From assembly GCA_951406725.2 (NCBI GenBank), contig OX597817.1, forward strand, positions 38,564,001-38,628,000: a stretch of 64,000 nt of DNA. The letters are read 5' to 3'. The DNA comes from Octopus vulgaris (taxonomy: Eukaryota). Under the pieces are notes generated by a model that did not search any database, was not told the DNA's origin, and saw nothing but the letters and a program-made list of their open reading frames with translations. Position 1 is the stretch's first letter; every line of letters begins with the position of its first letter. Below, one piece after another: positions 26,300 through 39,965 of the stretch. Position numbers and translations under genes: made by a program.

Positions 26300-26521
26300 A
26301 TATTGATTTCAAATTTTGGTGCAAGGCCAGAAAGTTCAGGAGAGGTGGGTAAATCCATTACATTGACCCTAGTGTTCAACTGATATTCATTTTATCAACC
26401 TCAAAAGGAAGAAAGGTAAAGTTGACCTCAGCTGAATTCGAACTCAGAACGTAAAGATAGACAAAATGCTGTTAAGTATTTTGCCCAGTGTGCTCACAAC
26501 TCTGCCAGCTTGCCCTCTTAA
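26300..26521 (-). mobile_element. SINE family A copy, CpG-decayed
   Basis: gaaaggtaaagttgacctcagctgaattcgaactcagaacgtaaag..ctgccagcttgcc. Confidence 0.85.
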
Positions 26522-26569
26522 TAGCGATAAATATTAATGTCAATAAATGTGGTACAGAGTTGGTGAGTG

Positions 26570-26920
26570 CATGTTGACCTTATCCTAGTTTTGTTAAACC
26601 CCACATCATATTCAATGTATCTTTCTCTTCTAATACAATAAATTGCACTTTGAAGGATATTTGGCTACCCTTTCTTGCAAGTCAAACGATCACATAGATG
26701 CTTATATTATTGTTGTTTTTGTTTAGCTTCAGGCCTCCCCAAACCCAGCTGAACTATGAGCCAAAGCATTCTAACCATGACCATCCCATCTTTTTTTACT
26801 TGCAAGAAAACTTAGGATCATTTTATTTAATATGTCCATTTCTAAGATGACTGGGGATGATTTGAAGGAATTTTGAAGTTACTTCTAGCTGATCAAGTAA
26901 CTGCATAGAGGCTCATGGCT
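26570..26920 (-). repeat. Two tandem family E repeats
   Basis: ttgttgtt..tttagc..ctatga..aaagcattc..ccatgaccatccc..gatttgaagga..ttctagc pattern. Confidence 0.6.
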
Positions 26921-27993
26921 GTCAGAGTTGGTTATGTGTAATTTTGGTGATGTGTTCTTTAACATTCCACTGACATAGGAATCTATGTCACATCTGCTAA
27001 ATTGGTTATCTCCAGAAGCCAAGGATAAGAGCCAGGCCTTTAAAACCTCCTTTGTGCTTAAGCAAACATCTATATTTACCTGAATTACACATGCAACATT
27101 GAATTAAGCCAATGCAGGATCTTGACCTCGTAGAAATAGCAGCTAAATCTTCCTCAGATCACCAACATATATGCACATATGCTGACATAGAAGTAAATAT
27201 ATTCATATACATTCTCACACACGTTCGTGCTTGCGAACTCATTCAACACACTCTGACACTTACACAAGACTCACTTGCACGTACTCATTCATACACACAC
27301 ATGCTCATTCACAAAGTCATATTCATTCACAAACACAGTCATTCACACATTTATTTACAAACATGCACTCATTCACACATTCATTCACACAATCACACAC
27401 ATTAACATTACAGCAATGAACTACCAACCTCTTCATAGAATCTATATACAGTAATATAGATAGAGCCAGCAAGAAGTCAAGAGTAGCCATGAAGTGAAGA
27501 CAGTACAGGTGATGGTATTCAAAACATCTAGCTATCATCCAATAAATCATCGTACCTATTATTTAGTTACTAGTTCAAGCCTCTTGTGATCCTTGCAGAT
27601 ACTTGAACATACATAAACATATACACACACACATTCAGTAATGTTGTTGGTGAATCTACACAGATGATGTACAAATTGACTTCTCTATTGCTTACTATCT
27701 CCTTCTGACCCCCACCTCTCTCACACTCTTTTTCTCTTTCACACATCTCAGTAAATATAAATAAATGGAAATAAATATAAATATCACAATGAGCAACCGG
27801 TCATGTGACACCCTCTCCAGTATTTGCTCTCCCTCTCTGTGTCTGTCTCCACACGTGTGTGTATGTATGTATGTATGTATGTGTGTGTGTGTATATATCC
27901 TCTCCATATCTCTTCCTCCTGCATATACACACATGGCAACAAATAACTAATTACTTGACACTTATTAAGCACATGTTACATTTTTATAAAACC

Positions 27994-28049
<56 letters not shown>

Positions 28050-29409
28050 TCGCGCGCGCACATTGATACAGAGTTAGTCATGTGCTATATGTACACATGG
28101 TGTGCAGCTAGTCATGTCGGGTTTTTTTTTCTCATTCACACACATACCAAATATAAACCTGGTGATGTGACAGAGAGAGAGAGAGAGAGAGAGACTGGTT
28201 CACAAGCTGGTCATGTGATCTATTTACTTACCCAGACACATTATTATACACAGACACATGTTCACACATACATACACACATGCTCACGCACTTATACAGC
28301 TAATCATGTGACACATGTATACATGAGGTATTGCTATAATCGTGTTAACTTGTCTCACACGAACTGAGGGAGCCTATACACAGCTAAGCTGTTCGATCTG
28401 CTAAAAATAGCAGTGAAATTCTCTGAAAAATCACACTCAACTGTCTTAGAAATTAGAAGGATACGTTAGTCAATATAGTCGTAGGTAAAAAAAAAAAAAA
28501 AAAATCGAACTTGATGATCAGGGCTGGAACACTTTTGATCATAAGTCTACTTTCTCAGAACTGATATGAGGTTAAACATAAGCTTTTGTGCTACATGCGT
28601 ATCACAATGGCCAGCTGGTCCGATAGTTTCGTTCACTGGCACTGTGTGCATTATTTTTGGTAGGTGCCAGTGCATGAACTCTACGCCCTGGAGTCACTCT
28701 AACTTCTGAGTTCTAGCTATAATTATGTATTTGCATTTACTTGTGTGTATATCTATCTTTTATCTTTATAAACACTCGCACACATCATGTGTAATGTGTA
28801 CATATGTCGTGTCTATGGAAGTCTTTGTGAAAGGGAGCCATTCGCTCTTTTGCACATGTTCACACATCCACACTAAAATCAAAATACAAGTGATCGTGTG
28901 ACTTCTCTTACTCATATAACAAACATACATACACAACTTCAGCATACGGCGGAGCCTCTACATGGTGGTTTGCCCTGCTAGAAATAGCAGTCAATTTCTC
29001 CTTAAAATCAAAAACGGCACCTACAGGTGGCTCTACTAGAACTATATCTTTTTGCTATTGTATATGTGTGTGTGTGTGTGTGTGTGTGCGTTTGTGTGTG
29101 TGTGTGCGTGTAAATAGATGCATACACACATTTCAGCACATCATCGAAGCTGCTGCTGCTGATTGCTTGTAGTTTGTCCATACTGTTGCCATGCCAATAA
29201 ATCTCTTACTCCCCTTCTTCTTGCTCTCTCCCTCTCTCTCTCTCTCCTCTCTCTGGAAGAAGAGAAAAGTGAATTAAACGGACTGTTTTCTAATTGTTGT
29301 TGTTGCGCTCGACTTTATTTCCCCCATCACTGTCGCCGCTACCATTAGTATCAGTTCACCATTCTGAATTCTGTATTAATGGGTGTCGTTTAAATGGCGA
29401 GTGGTAGAT

Positions 29410-30120
29410 AGATGATGCCTTGGCTGACCGTGTATGGTGGTGGTGGTGGTGGTGGTGGTTTGTAGCGGTATGGCTATGGTAATTGTACACTGCTAATTGT
29501 AGCAGAAGCAACAGCATTGGTAGTAGTTGTATGGTGGTTGTCGCAGCGGCTGTAGTGGCTCTTAATGGTGTGGTAGTTGAGGTACAAGTTGTAGTTATAG
29601 GGTTGACTGCAGCAGCAGCAGTAGTAGTAGTAGTAATAGTGGTGGTGGTAGTGATGATCGTGCTTGCGTTGGTTGTTGTGTCGGTGGTAATTATTTGTGG
29701 TTGGAAGTGGAAATGGTTAATGGTGGTGGCATCAGCAGCGTCTGTAGTAGTAGTAGTGGTAGTGGTGGTGGTGGTGGTGTTTAAGGTTGACGATGGCGAT
29801 GGTGTTGAAGAATGTGAAGGTAACAGTGTGGCGGGGATGGTTGAGGGTGGTGGTGTTGGAGATTCCAGCGACTGTCCTGAATGCATCAGTGGCAGCAAAC
29901 AAGAACAGAAGAACGAGTGAGTAGTAGTAGTAGTAGTAGTAGTAGTATTGGCGGTGGTGGTAGTGGTGGTGGTGGTGGTATTTAACTGTGTTGCAGTTCT
30001 GTTGGTGGGGGTTTAGTGGCAACTCTAGCAGAAGCAACAGTTGCAATGTTGTAAAAAGGTTGGTGATTATAACAACGGTAGTGGTGCTAGTAGTAGTAGT
30101 AGTAGTAGTAGTAGTTGCTG
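29410..30120. repeat. GC-elevated trinucleotide mosaic (GGT/AGT/GCA), possibly exonic
   Basis: Runs of (GGT)n, (AGT)n and (GCA)n interleaved with unique sequence. Long low-complexity ORFs on both strands. Confidence 0.8.
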
Positions 30121-30661
30121 GTATTCCTGGCACAAGTGAATGGTCTTTACTTTGAGTGTATAAGACAGCTGTTGGGTTAACAAACAGCGAATGCTGCTTC
30201 TGAATGGAAACCATGTAAATGAAGATATATATATATATATATATATTAGCTGTGTGTGCGTGTAAAAAGCGTTAGGAATGTGTGTATATACTTGTATATG
30301 TGCCAGTGATAAGTGTATGTTTATGCCGTTATGGCTACGTCAGGTAAATATTAATTATATACCAATGCACGAGCGTGCGTGAAATCTATTCATATGCATA
30401 TGTTCGTGTTTATGTGTGTGCGCGTTTAGATTTACAAGTGAGAAAAAACAATGCCTACAGTTACTTTGCTTTTCTACATTTTGCTTGAGCTAAGAAATGA
30501 CTTGTCCGCTACTCAGAGTTTACGTTTCTTTTCTTCATGCACGCGTACGAGCGTGCACGCATTCGCATTGTGTGTAATGCGTGTATGAATGTTTATATAT
30601 CTATAGAACAAGCTTCATCGAAACTGACAGTGATACTACTGTGTGTGTGTGTACATACATG

Positions 30662-30693
<32 letters not shown>

Positions 30694-30737
30694 TACATAT
30701 ATATATGTGTGTGTATATATACACATGTATGTATATA

Positions 30738-30769
<32 letters not shown>

Positions 30770-30962
30770 CACATGTATATATATATATACACATATATAT
30801 ATACACATGTATATATATATATATATATATATATATTCACATGCATATATAGAAATACACGCACACATATTGAAATATGTTGAATATGTAAAGTATCTGT
30901 TTTGTTGAAATTATTGCCTCACAAACTGCAATCTTCAGACGAGATGATCACAATTCAGTATA

Positions 30963-31185
30963 TATGGGAGGGTTGCTGAAAAATTACTGGTTTTGGGTAA
31001 AAGAAAATGCAGGAAGGTCAGTCAGATGCGATTTTATCCAACATATTCCTCTATCAGATTTACAGTTATTGGAGAGGTCCTTCAGTTTTTCTAAATCCTG
31101 TAAAAGAACTCAGATGGTTGGGCTTCCAACCAGGCCTTTCACAATACCCTTAAAGCCAGGAACTTTTATCCCCACCCACCTCGTA
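30963..31185. mobile_element. Mariner-derived MITE
   Basis: Imperfect TIRs ta-tgggagggttgctgaaaaattactggtttt and aaagccaggaacttttatccccacccacctcg-ta, in TA context. Confidence 0.8.
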
Positions 31186-31201
31186 TAGATAAATATGTGC
31201 A

Positions 31202-31249
<48 letters not shown>

Positions 31250-31251
<2 letters not shown>

Positions 31252-31462
31252 CATCATCATCATCGTTTAGCGTCCACTTTCCATGCTAGCATGGATTGGA
31301 CGGTTCAACTGGGGTCTGGGAAGTCAGAAGGCTGCACCAGGCCCAGTCTGATCTGGCAATGTTTCTACGGCTGGATGCCCTTCCTAACGCCAACCACTCC
31401 ATGAGTGTAGTGGGTGCTTTTAATGTGCCACCGGCACAGGTGCCAGACGAGGCTGGCAAACG
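31250..31462 (-). mobile_element. Family F retroposon 3' end with (GAT)n tail
   Basis: Reverse strand: tggttggcgttaggaagggcatccagccgtagaaac..tgctagcatggaaagtggacgctaaacgatgatg. Relatives near 17735, 19400, 35845, 41430, 42420, 58745 and 60000. Confidence 0.8.
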
Positions 31463-32279
31463 TAGTGTGTATGTATGTAAATTACAACCATTTCCTTACT
31501 AGCATTGATGGAATTGTTTCCTTTTGTTTATTTCATGGTTTTGTATGTTGGAACTATTGTTATCACATCTGGATGTCCTCCCTATGGATAATTACTCAAC
31601 TGCAAAATAGGTGTAGAACCTGTTTTATGTTACACACAAACTAGAACAGAACTACATTAATTCTTTGTACATGGAATATTGAGATAGACTAAGGTCTTGG
31701 AATTTTGCATGCAATAAAATCTTGTGATATGTGTATTTGTATCTGTCTAACACATGTAAAACGATTGAACAGAGGGATACATATAGTGCAAACATGGCTG
31801 TATGATTAAGTTCATTTTGCAGTCAAGAAATATTTGGATTTAGTCTCACTGAACAGAGACTTGGGTAAGTGTCTTCTGCTACAGCCCTAGGTTGAGCAAT
31901 GCTTTGTGAGTGAACTTGGTAAGCAGAAACTGAAAAGTACCCTGTCATGTGTGTGCGTGTATGATACATGTACTTCTGTACACGTGCGTGTTTGTTTTCA
32001 TCTACATTTGCTTGTATGACACACAATGTTGTTGTTGGCATTTCTGAAGATATTCCTTACTTGAGAAACAGAAAAGGCATCCAGTTATAAAATAATGCCT
32101 CAGTAACATGCTTGTCTAACATATGATGCTACATGGTGAAATGGATGTAAAAGCAAAATAAAATAAAAAATGAAAAATTATATATATACATATATGTGTA
32201 AGTAACTATAGAACACAACCAACACTGTATAGACTGATGTAAACACCTTGTCTTTATATACATTATCTTGAGTACAAAT

Positions 32280-32797
32280 AGAGGGCAATATATTGTAGTC
32301 TGGGATATAATATCTCTGAATAAAAATCAAGATGGCCATAGCTGGAACACCATTGGTCATAGGTATGTTCAGTCATGGTTGACCTATGGTAAGTCAACAC
32401 CATGAACCAATAAGGAAGCCCATGTAGTTAGAAATGGCAGCCAAATCTCCTTCAAATTATACTGTATCATCTGAAAGAAGGAAAAGACACACTACATAAT
32501 ATAATCCTATATACTTCTAAAAAGGCATGATGGGCACAACTGGAACACCTTTCATCATACATCTTCTCAGTGAAGGCTTATCTGGGACTTGACAACAACC
32601 ATGACAGCAATTTGGGCCTGCAAGAAATAACAGCCAAATCCCTTTCACATATGACCTTAGCATCTAGCAAAAAGATGGACAGATTGGATAATGTATCGAT
32701 TATGTCAAAATTAAAGTTGTGGTTATCACTGTTGGAAAGTCTTTCATCATAGAATTGTTCAATCATTGCTAACCTGGGGTTATACAACAACAGCAAC
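32280..32797 (+). repeat. Three tandem family E repeats
   Basis: Three units ending gacctatgg / atctgggacttgacaacaac / aacctggggttatacaacaac. Confidence 0.7.
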
Positions 32798-33147
32798 ACC
32801 GTTTTCATTATGATGTAATTGATAAAATGAATGCCGCCAATATACTGCTTTGTGCTGAGAAGTTCTCTGTGTTTTCTTTTGGTTATATGTCTTTATGTAA
32901 GAATGTGAATACCATTATCCATTGATCAACTCTCTTGAACGTAACATCACGGCATGACAAGTACCTCTGATAATACTTATATCAAAGTGTGTGTATGTGT
33001 GTATTTTTCTTTGTGCTTTACAATTTTATAGAAAGGAACAGATAATACCTCAAACTAACAGATTATTAGGTCATTATTATTACATTGGTAGGTCTGAGCT
33101 TTCTACTTAATTCATCACTAATGTAACCTTGTTGTGTATATTTCCCA

Positions 33148-33338
33148 AAGGTATAGCAAGAGAGGGAGAATGTAGTGGGAGGGGAAGCAGACCCCCACCC
33201 TCTTCCTCATGCAGATGTAAAGGGGCACAGTTTCCTCTGCTTGTTATGTCTGTTAAGTTGGTGAGATGAGGTTAGGCTCCAAAAGTGACTTTGTCCCAGA
33301 ACCTTTGCTATGCCATTGGTATAGCTATGCTACTGGTA
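33148..33338. mobile_element. Possible decayed hAT-type MITE
   Basis: Ends ggtatagca..tgctatgccattg resemble CpG-decayed CAGTGGCGTAGC..GCTACGCCACTG termini. Confidence 0.35.
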
Positions 33339-35408
33339 TATTCTGAGGTCACTTTCATTGACCCAACCTTCCCCTAAAGCCTGTGGTCTTGTGTCTGTAT
33401 TAGAAATCATTACTGTTTGGTAGTGGCAGCAGCAGCAGAAGTGATAATGGGCTTGGGAACCCTAAGTTTACCATGACCACCACCACCAAAATATACATAC
33501 AATGAGTTTGTAAAGGCAAAAAAAGTGGTTTGTCTTGAGAAAGTTCCAACTATACCTTTTCTGATATTGTTTCAGTCCTCTATACTCTCTGTCTTGAAGT
33601 GCCATCTTCAAAAGTTTTTAGTCAATCATATCAAACCTGGTACTTATTTCAGTCTTGTACTTATTTAATTACTCTATATTTAACAAATCACTATGATTAC
33701 ACTATTGACACAACACCAATGTTTGAAACTATTAAGCCGAAACATAGACATAGATGCTGATACACATGATGACAGAACCCACCACTAGCTTCAATGATGA
33801 ACATTCAGTTTGATATCACTTGTTGGATAAATTAAAATGTAGGTGACTCAGTATTCCACAGACATATGTACATATATTTCTGTTGAAACATGCTGCCTTT
33901 GACAAATATAACAAATTCAGCACAATGACAGTCATTATTAAAATGGTGCTTGCGATGTAAATTTTGGTGAAAGGGCTTAATTTAGATCACTTTAATACAG
34001 GAAGTTTGTATCATAGAAATAGGGGGAAGTCCCAGGCAGGTTGATATTGAAAGAGTCTCTTGCAGGTTTCTTGCTCATCTGCAAGAAACAGTGACCAAAT
34101 GTCATTGAAATCACATCCTACTGCCTTAGAAATTAATGGACACATTGGCTCTAATAATCGTAAATTGTGTTGATCACATGATACTGCAAAGGAGGATGCA
34201 ACTGCTCAAATAATTGGAGAATTGTGATTGCTATAATGTATACCTCACTTTCCATGTATCCTCACTAGCGAAGAAAATATGGAACTAGCAGTATTTCATT
34301 AGCAGATGTTCATATTTCAACCACTTCAACAAAACATTTACCATCTGTTTGTAGCTCCAAGACGTTTACACTACTTAGGCCCTAAGTTATGATTTGCGTG
34401 AGCAGGAAGAAGTTGTGTAATGCCATCCACATGCTCTCGTCATGAATCTTCTGGATCCAATAGCACAACATGGTCAGGATGGCTGGAAATGAGACTGAAT
34501 GCAGAAACTGTCATGGACTTAGTAGTTTAACAAGCAATCATCTGTAAGGGCACCACTTTAATGTTATTGTCAGTGTTATTTTCTTTAGCGTTTTATTATC
34601 CTTAGTGAGACTATTGAACTTTTAGTCAGAGGTCATGTGCCACATTGTCACCTGCAAGTGAGTGGGCATTTGATTCTGGAGTTCTCTTAGGTTAAAAGTA
34701 GGGGTCCATCCCTTCCTATGTTCTTATACTGCACAATCGCCAGCTTTGTATCTAAATTAGAAACAACTATTTTAGAGTCACATTCTTTCTCTCTTACTCT
34801 CTCTGACACACACATACATGACAGGTATCTATTCAGTTTCTGTCTATGTATTCTGCTCACAAGGCATTGCTTGACCTGGGGTTATACCAGAAGACACTTT
34901 GTCAACATGCTGTACTATGGGAACTGAACCTAGAACTGCATAGTTTCAAAGCAAACTTCTTAACCACACAGCCAAGTATTCTAATACATTCTTCTGCCTC
35001 AGGTAGTTTTCAGAAAGATCATCTATCTTCATGAATGCCAAGACACTTTCACAGACATATCTAAAAATATACAGAAATATCTAAAAATGTACAGGATTAA
35101 TATTAACATTTTAACAACCAATTTTCCATGCTACAATGGTCATTTGACAATTAGCTGTTGAAATGTTACAGGGAAAAAATGAGCTGCTTGTGTGTTATGG
35201 ATTGGCACTGGTTTCTCTTATATCCATTCATTCTTTTCATATAATTGAGACTGAATGTCAGTTCATAAATTTTGCAAAATATGTTTCTTTTTTCCTCACT
35301 ATTCTTTGTAACCTATAAGTGATCTTGCTTAGATGTGTGTATATGAGCATGTACATATGTGAACATATATTCTCATGTATACACATATTTGTGTGTATGT
35401 ATGTGTGT

Positions 35409-35720
35409 GAAGGCACATGGCTTAGTGGTTAGGGTATTCGGCTCACAGTCGTAAGGTCATGAGTTCAATTCCCAGTAATACATTTTGTCTTTGAGCAAGA
35501 CACTTTATTTCACATTGCTCCAGTCCACTCAACTGACAAAAATGAATAGTACCTGCGTTTCAAAGGGCCAGTTTTGTCATGCTGAATCTTCCTGAAAACT
35601 ACATTAAGAGTACACATGTCTGGAGTGCTCAGCCACTTGCACATTAATTTCACAAGCAGGCTGGCTCTTCCATTGATTGGATCAACTGGAACTCCTGCCG
35701 TCATAATGGACAGAGTGCCA
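35409..35720 (+). mobile_element. tRNA-derived SINE (family D), near full length, inserted in a microsatellite
   Basis: A box tggcttagtggttaggg, B box gagttcaattc, then tttgagcaagacacttta..gctccagtccactca. Related head at 21720-21790. Confidence 0.8.
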
Positions 35721-36824
35721 GAGACATATACATACATGTATGTATGTATGCATGCATGCATGTATGTATGCATGTGTGTATGTATTACATTTCATATATG
35801 TAATGTAATATATATAATATACACATTACATTATATATATATATCATCATTATTAAATACCTGTTTTCCATGCTGGTTTGGGTTTGGACAGGTTGACAGG
35901 AGCCAGTGATCAAAAGGATTTTTGTACGATTGCACTCAGCTCTAATGTCTGCTTTGGCATGGTTCCTATGGATAGGTGCCCTTTCTAACACCAATTGCTT
36001 TACAGAGTGTACGTGCTTTTTATATAGCACTGGTGCATACATTTGTTTTCCTTTTACTTGTTTCAGTCATTAGACTGTGGCCATACTGGAGCAACGCCTT
36101 GGAAAATTTCAGTCCTTTACTTTCTTAGTTCAAATCTCACTAAGGTCAACTTTGCTTTCTATCCTTCCAGAATCAATAAAATAACCACTGACTATGACTA
36201 TACTTCTTCCTCTAAAATGTACGACCTTGTGCTCACATTAGAACTAATTATATATCAGAAGCAGTAAAAAAAAATTAAATAACTAAAACACAAAAAAAAG
36301 TTACTGTATAACTAGAATTAGTTCGAAACAGCTAATTTTGTTGGTTGTTGACATAATCACATGAAGATTAGCTGCACAGTTTTCTGACTAGCCAGGAGGT
36401 ACAGTTTGCACTTTGTACAACTAACTTTCTGGAAAGTATCTGGAGAACTTTCATGTAAAAGCTGTGATACTGCTTGTGATAGTGGTAGTGGTAGCGATGG
36501 TGGGGGCACTGCCAGTTGGTTGTTATTAAAGGTAGTAGAAGTAGTAGGTGTGGAGTAGCGGTGGTGGTGGTGTAGTGGTTGTAGTAGTAGTAGTAGATAG
36601 TGGTGATCGTCATCATCGTCGTTGTGCTGTTGATGATGCTGTTCATGTATGTGATAACAGTGCAAGAAAATGTTTGTAGTGGTTATATAATCTGTATAAA
36701 TAGCAAGTTGAATTACTGATTTCAAGTGGTAATTTGAATCTGTTGAAAATAAAAATAGCAGGCTTCTCTATCTTTCATATGGACTCCATCCAGCCACCAT
36801 CATCATCATTATTATTATTATTAA

Positions 36825-37233
36825 CGAAACTGTTAATTCATTGGACAAAATGCTTATAGACTTTCCATCTGTCATTCTGAGATCAAATTCTGCTTAGGTC
36901 AGCTTTGCCTTTCTTTTTTGGGGTTGATAAAATAAGTACCAGTTAAGTATGGGGTTGATATTATCAACTATACCCCTCCTCTAAAATTGCTGGCTTTCCA
37001 CCAAAATTTGAAACCATTATTATTTTTAAAGCGATAGATTGGCTGTATCATTAGAGCATTGAACAAAATGCTCTGAAGTATTTTTTCTGGCTCTTTGCAT
37101 TCTGATTTCATATCCCACTGAGGTCAACTTGGCCTTTCTTCCTCTCAGATCAATAAAATTAATGTGCAGGGATCAATGATATCCCCTAAAAATTTCTAGC
37201 ATTGTGCTTAAATCAGTTGTTGTTATTATTATT
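36825..37233 (+). mobile_element. Two tandem decayed SINE family A copies
   Basis: aaaatgctt..ttctga..aggtca.cttt.cctt..taaaat core twice, with (TTA)n tails. Confidence 0.75.
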
Positions 37234-37577
37234 AACCATAATTAGTATTAGCACTAGCAACCATATAGCAAAGGCTAGGTTGGCAATCTGATTACACAAC
37301 TAAAAATTAGGTTGTGATTACATCACAATCCAGTTTTCTTGATTAAAGCCAGTTGGTAACTTAAACTGCTAGGTCAGCCAGCTGTGACTACAAATACATA
37401 TGTATTAGTCATCTTTTAAAAGACTAATATATAAAGTAAAAAGACAACCCCTCATACACACACACATGCATAAACACACATTCAGGCACATTCACGATAT
37501 AAAACCAAATGATATTCAATAAGTGACTCAATTTTATATAGAGATGGAAGGGTTTACAAATGTACTTGAAGCTTCTG

Positions 37578-37612
<35 letters not shown>

Positions 37613-37617
<5 letters not shown>

Positions 37618-37772
37618 ATCCAAACATGAAAACAAAGAGAAAACACAACAACGCGAGGATGTGGAACAAGTATAGTGTTATTGGACGCTAAGGAAAGAAG
37701 GAGGGTTTAACGTTTCAAGCAGAGCTCTTCGTCAGAAACATAGGAAAAGGAAATATCCAAAGAAGGGAAGAT
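37613..37772 (-). mobile_element. Short PLE-like element with a minimal hammerhead motif (37705-37739), 3' end abutting (TA)n
   Basis: Reverse complement: gttt CTGACGA a gagc-tct-gctt GAAAC GTT aaac. Intact core, 4-bp stem I, palindromic AACGTT. Confidence 0.7.
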
Positions 37773-38149
37773 GGTTCTTCTTGTATGTCTACAAGATTGT
37801 TAGTGATAGTGAACCAATAGGTAATTTACATGTTACAGGTCCAACACACACTAGCATGGAACACGGACATTAAATGATGATAATGATACTGGTTGTTGAT
37901 CACAGTTCTTCAAATAGTTAATCAAATGAGACATGAGAAGCTCTGTTACTTGGCCTGCCTAAAATTGTTGCTACATACACTTCTTTCAAATCACACCCTA
38001 CCATCTTCAAAAAGTCTTGGTCAATATAGTTCTACATACACTATATCTTCATCATAGGTTCTCTCAAGTAAGGTTGAGCTGGGGTTAAACAACACCTACA
38101 TTGATCTTTGTTATTTAAGCTTTTCAACTCCATAAACTTGATGTCAACA

Positions 38150-38830
38150 CATTAGCTGTCAAGTGCTAGATCCATTATTGCATTTGAATACCATCACCTG
38201 TTGCTTGCCCTAGTATCACCCATCAAGTGTATTTAATATTGATATCATCTGTTCATAGTACCAATCTTTTATGAAGTATGTAACTAATATCATCACCTCA
38301 CCTGTTGCTTTTACCAGTATCTTCTAAAGCATATATGTAGTATCACTTTATCAGCTGGTTCTTTCTCCAATATCACATGTAATATATATCCCTGAGATTG
38401 CTACATCAACTATTACTTTTACCAGTATCATCTAAGGTGCATATCTGATGTCACCACAAACACACACACACACACACCACTTGTCATTCAAACATCTATA
38501 ACCAGCAGACCGAGAGGTAAAGTAAGTAATCTCATAAAGGTTTCAGTAGTCAAGGGAATAACTTTGTCACATCAACTGTTGCTTGTCTGTCTGGACCTTA
38601 CCTAACTACCTATTGTAATATTTTTCTAATATCCCCACCTGTTGCTTGCATGAAATATCACTTGTTTTACACATCAGATATATCCATTCATATTACACAA
38701 CTCCTTACCTGCAATTATCATCCCTGAAACATACATTGAATAGCCACACCCTCTGTACACATGTTAAATATATCAACAATGTCATACATCTCACAAACTA
38801 TATACAGTTGTTTCCAGCCTTCACATAAAT
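38150..38830. repeat. Degenerate ~55-bp tandem repeat (atcacctgttgctt..ccagtatc)
   Basis: Recurrent cacctgttgctt / catctgtt / cagtatca units. Confidence 0.55.
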
Positions 38831-39180
38831 CATCTTTCATAATCAGTGGCTGTGGTCACAGTCTCACTGCACAATACAGTATAACTTGTTTTAATTTTAT
38901 TTTGTGAACAGTTATGTTTAAGTTTACTGCATTTCTAATAACAAAAATGACACGGGAGTATTTGTATAGCTCAGATGAAATAAATAACATTAGGTATTTT
39001 TACTTCATGCACAAGTTTATTAGTTTTATCGCGAATGTGTATATTATCTTTCACTGACATGGACATACATACTTACATTTACAAATAGCTATATTGGTTA
39101 TTGGTGAACTCAGATCATAATGTTGTGGGCTCAGGCAGCACATTAGAAAAAACACTTCATATTACCTAGTCTGCTCAGCT

Positions 39181-39601
39181 GAAAAATAGCCATAATTGGC
39201 AAATCATTAAGGAATCATGTTCCACCATGACAGCACTAGACCACACACATCTTTGCTAACACATGAACAATTATTGGAACTTGGTTGAGAAGTGATGTCA
39301 TATCCACCATATAGCCCTGACCTTGCACCATCAGATTACCACTTATATTGAAGTTTTCAAATTCCTTGAATGGTAAAACTTTCAATAATGGTGAAGACCT
39401 GAAATCACACTTGCTTCAGTTTTGGGCTGATAAGAACCAAAAGTTCTATGAGTGCAGAATCATGAAGTTGCTAGAAAGATAGCAAAAGATCATCAAACAA
39501 AATGGAAAATATATAATTGGTTAAAATTCATTCTTTGTATGAAAAAAAATGACGTTTATTTCACACCAAAAAACCAAAATTACTTTTTTGCCAACCCAAT
39601 A
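39181..39601 (+). mobile_element. Mariner (D,D34D) transposase 3' fragment with right TIR
   Basis: FHHDSTRPHTS..LLELG*EVMSYPPYSPDLAPSDYHL, with 34 residues between the two aspartates and the YSPDLAP motif; LLER*QKII.QNGKYI; TIR ..attacttttttgccaacccaata followed by TA. Confidence 0.92.
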
Positions 39602-39791
39602 TATAAATCTTTTATAGTTTGGTTTTCTTCATATTGAACTTTTTACACTTAGCACAGTAGACCATTTAATTTTAGGACAGTTTGTTGTCATAATTGACTA
39701 TTGCACTTCATCATTCAGGTATTAACTGCTGATGTTACAGTTCAAGCTACTACCATCCTCAGGTGTCCTCTACATCCATGTATATGTATGT

Positions 39792-39965
39792 AGTGAGAGT
39801 TTACGAAAAAAAACAAAAGATGAAGACAGGTGGTGTACAAAACAAACAGATGTATTAGTATAACGCTCAGGAATAGAAAAAGTCTTTTACGTTTCAAGCC
39901 TACGCTCTTCTACAGAAAGGGACACAGAAAAAAACAAGGAGAGAAAAAAATGTGTGCAGTGGCTG
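39792..39965 (-). mobile_element. Second copy of the hammerhead-bearing short element (motif 39884-39919)
   Basis: Reverse complement: cttt CTGTAGA a gagc-gtag-gctt GAAAC GTA aaag. Flanks align with 9365-9540. Confidence 0.65.

Noticed and set aside
29483-29920. Plus-strand Val-rich membrane protein ORF
   Set aside because: The hydrophobicity comes from (GTG/GTA)n repeats, and there is no canonical ATG at the listed start.
34250-34560. Possible RTE-type LINE fragment (RRLHYLG)
   Set aside because: A single weak motif with broken frames; cannot be supported without an HMM search.
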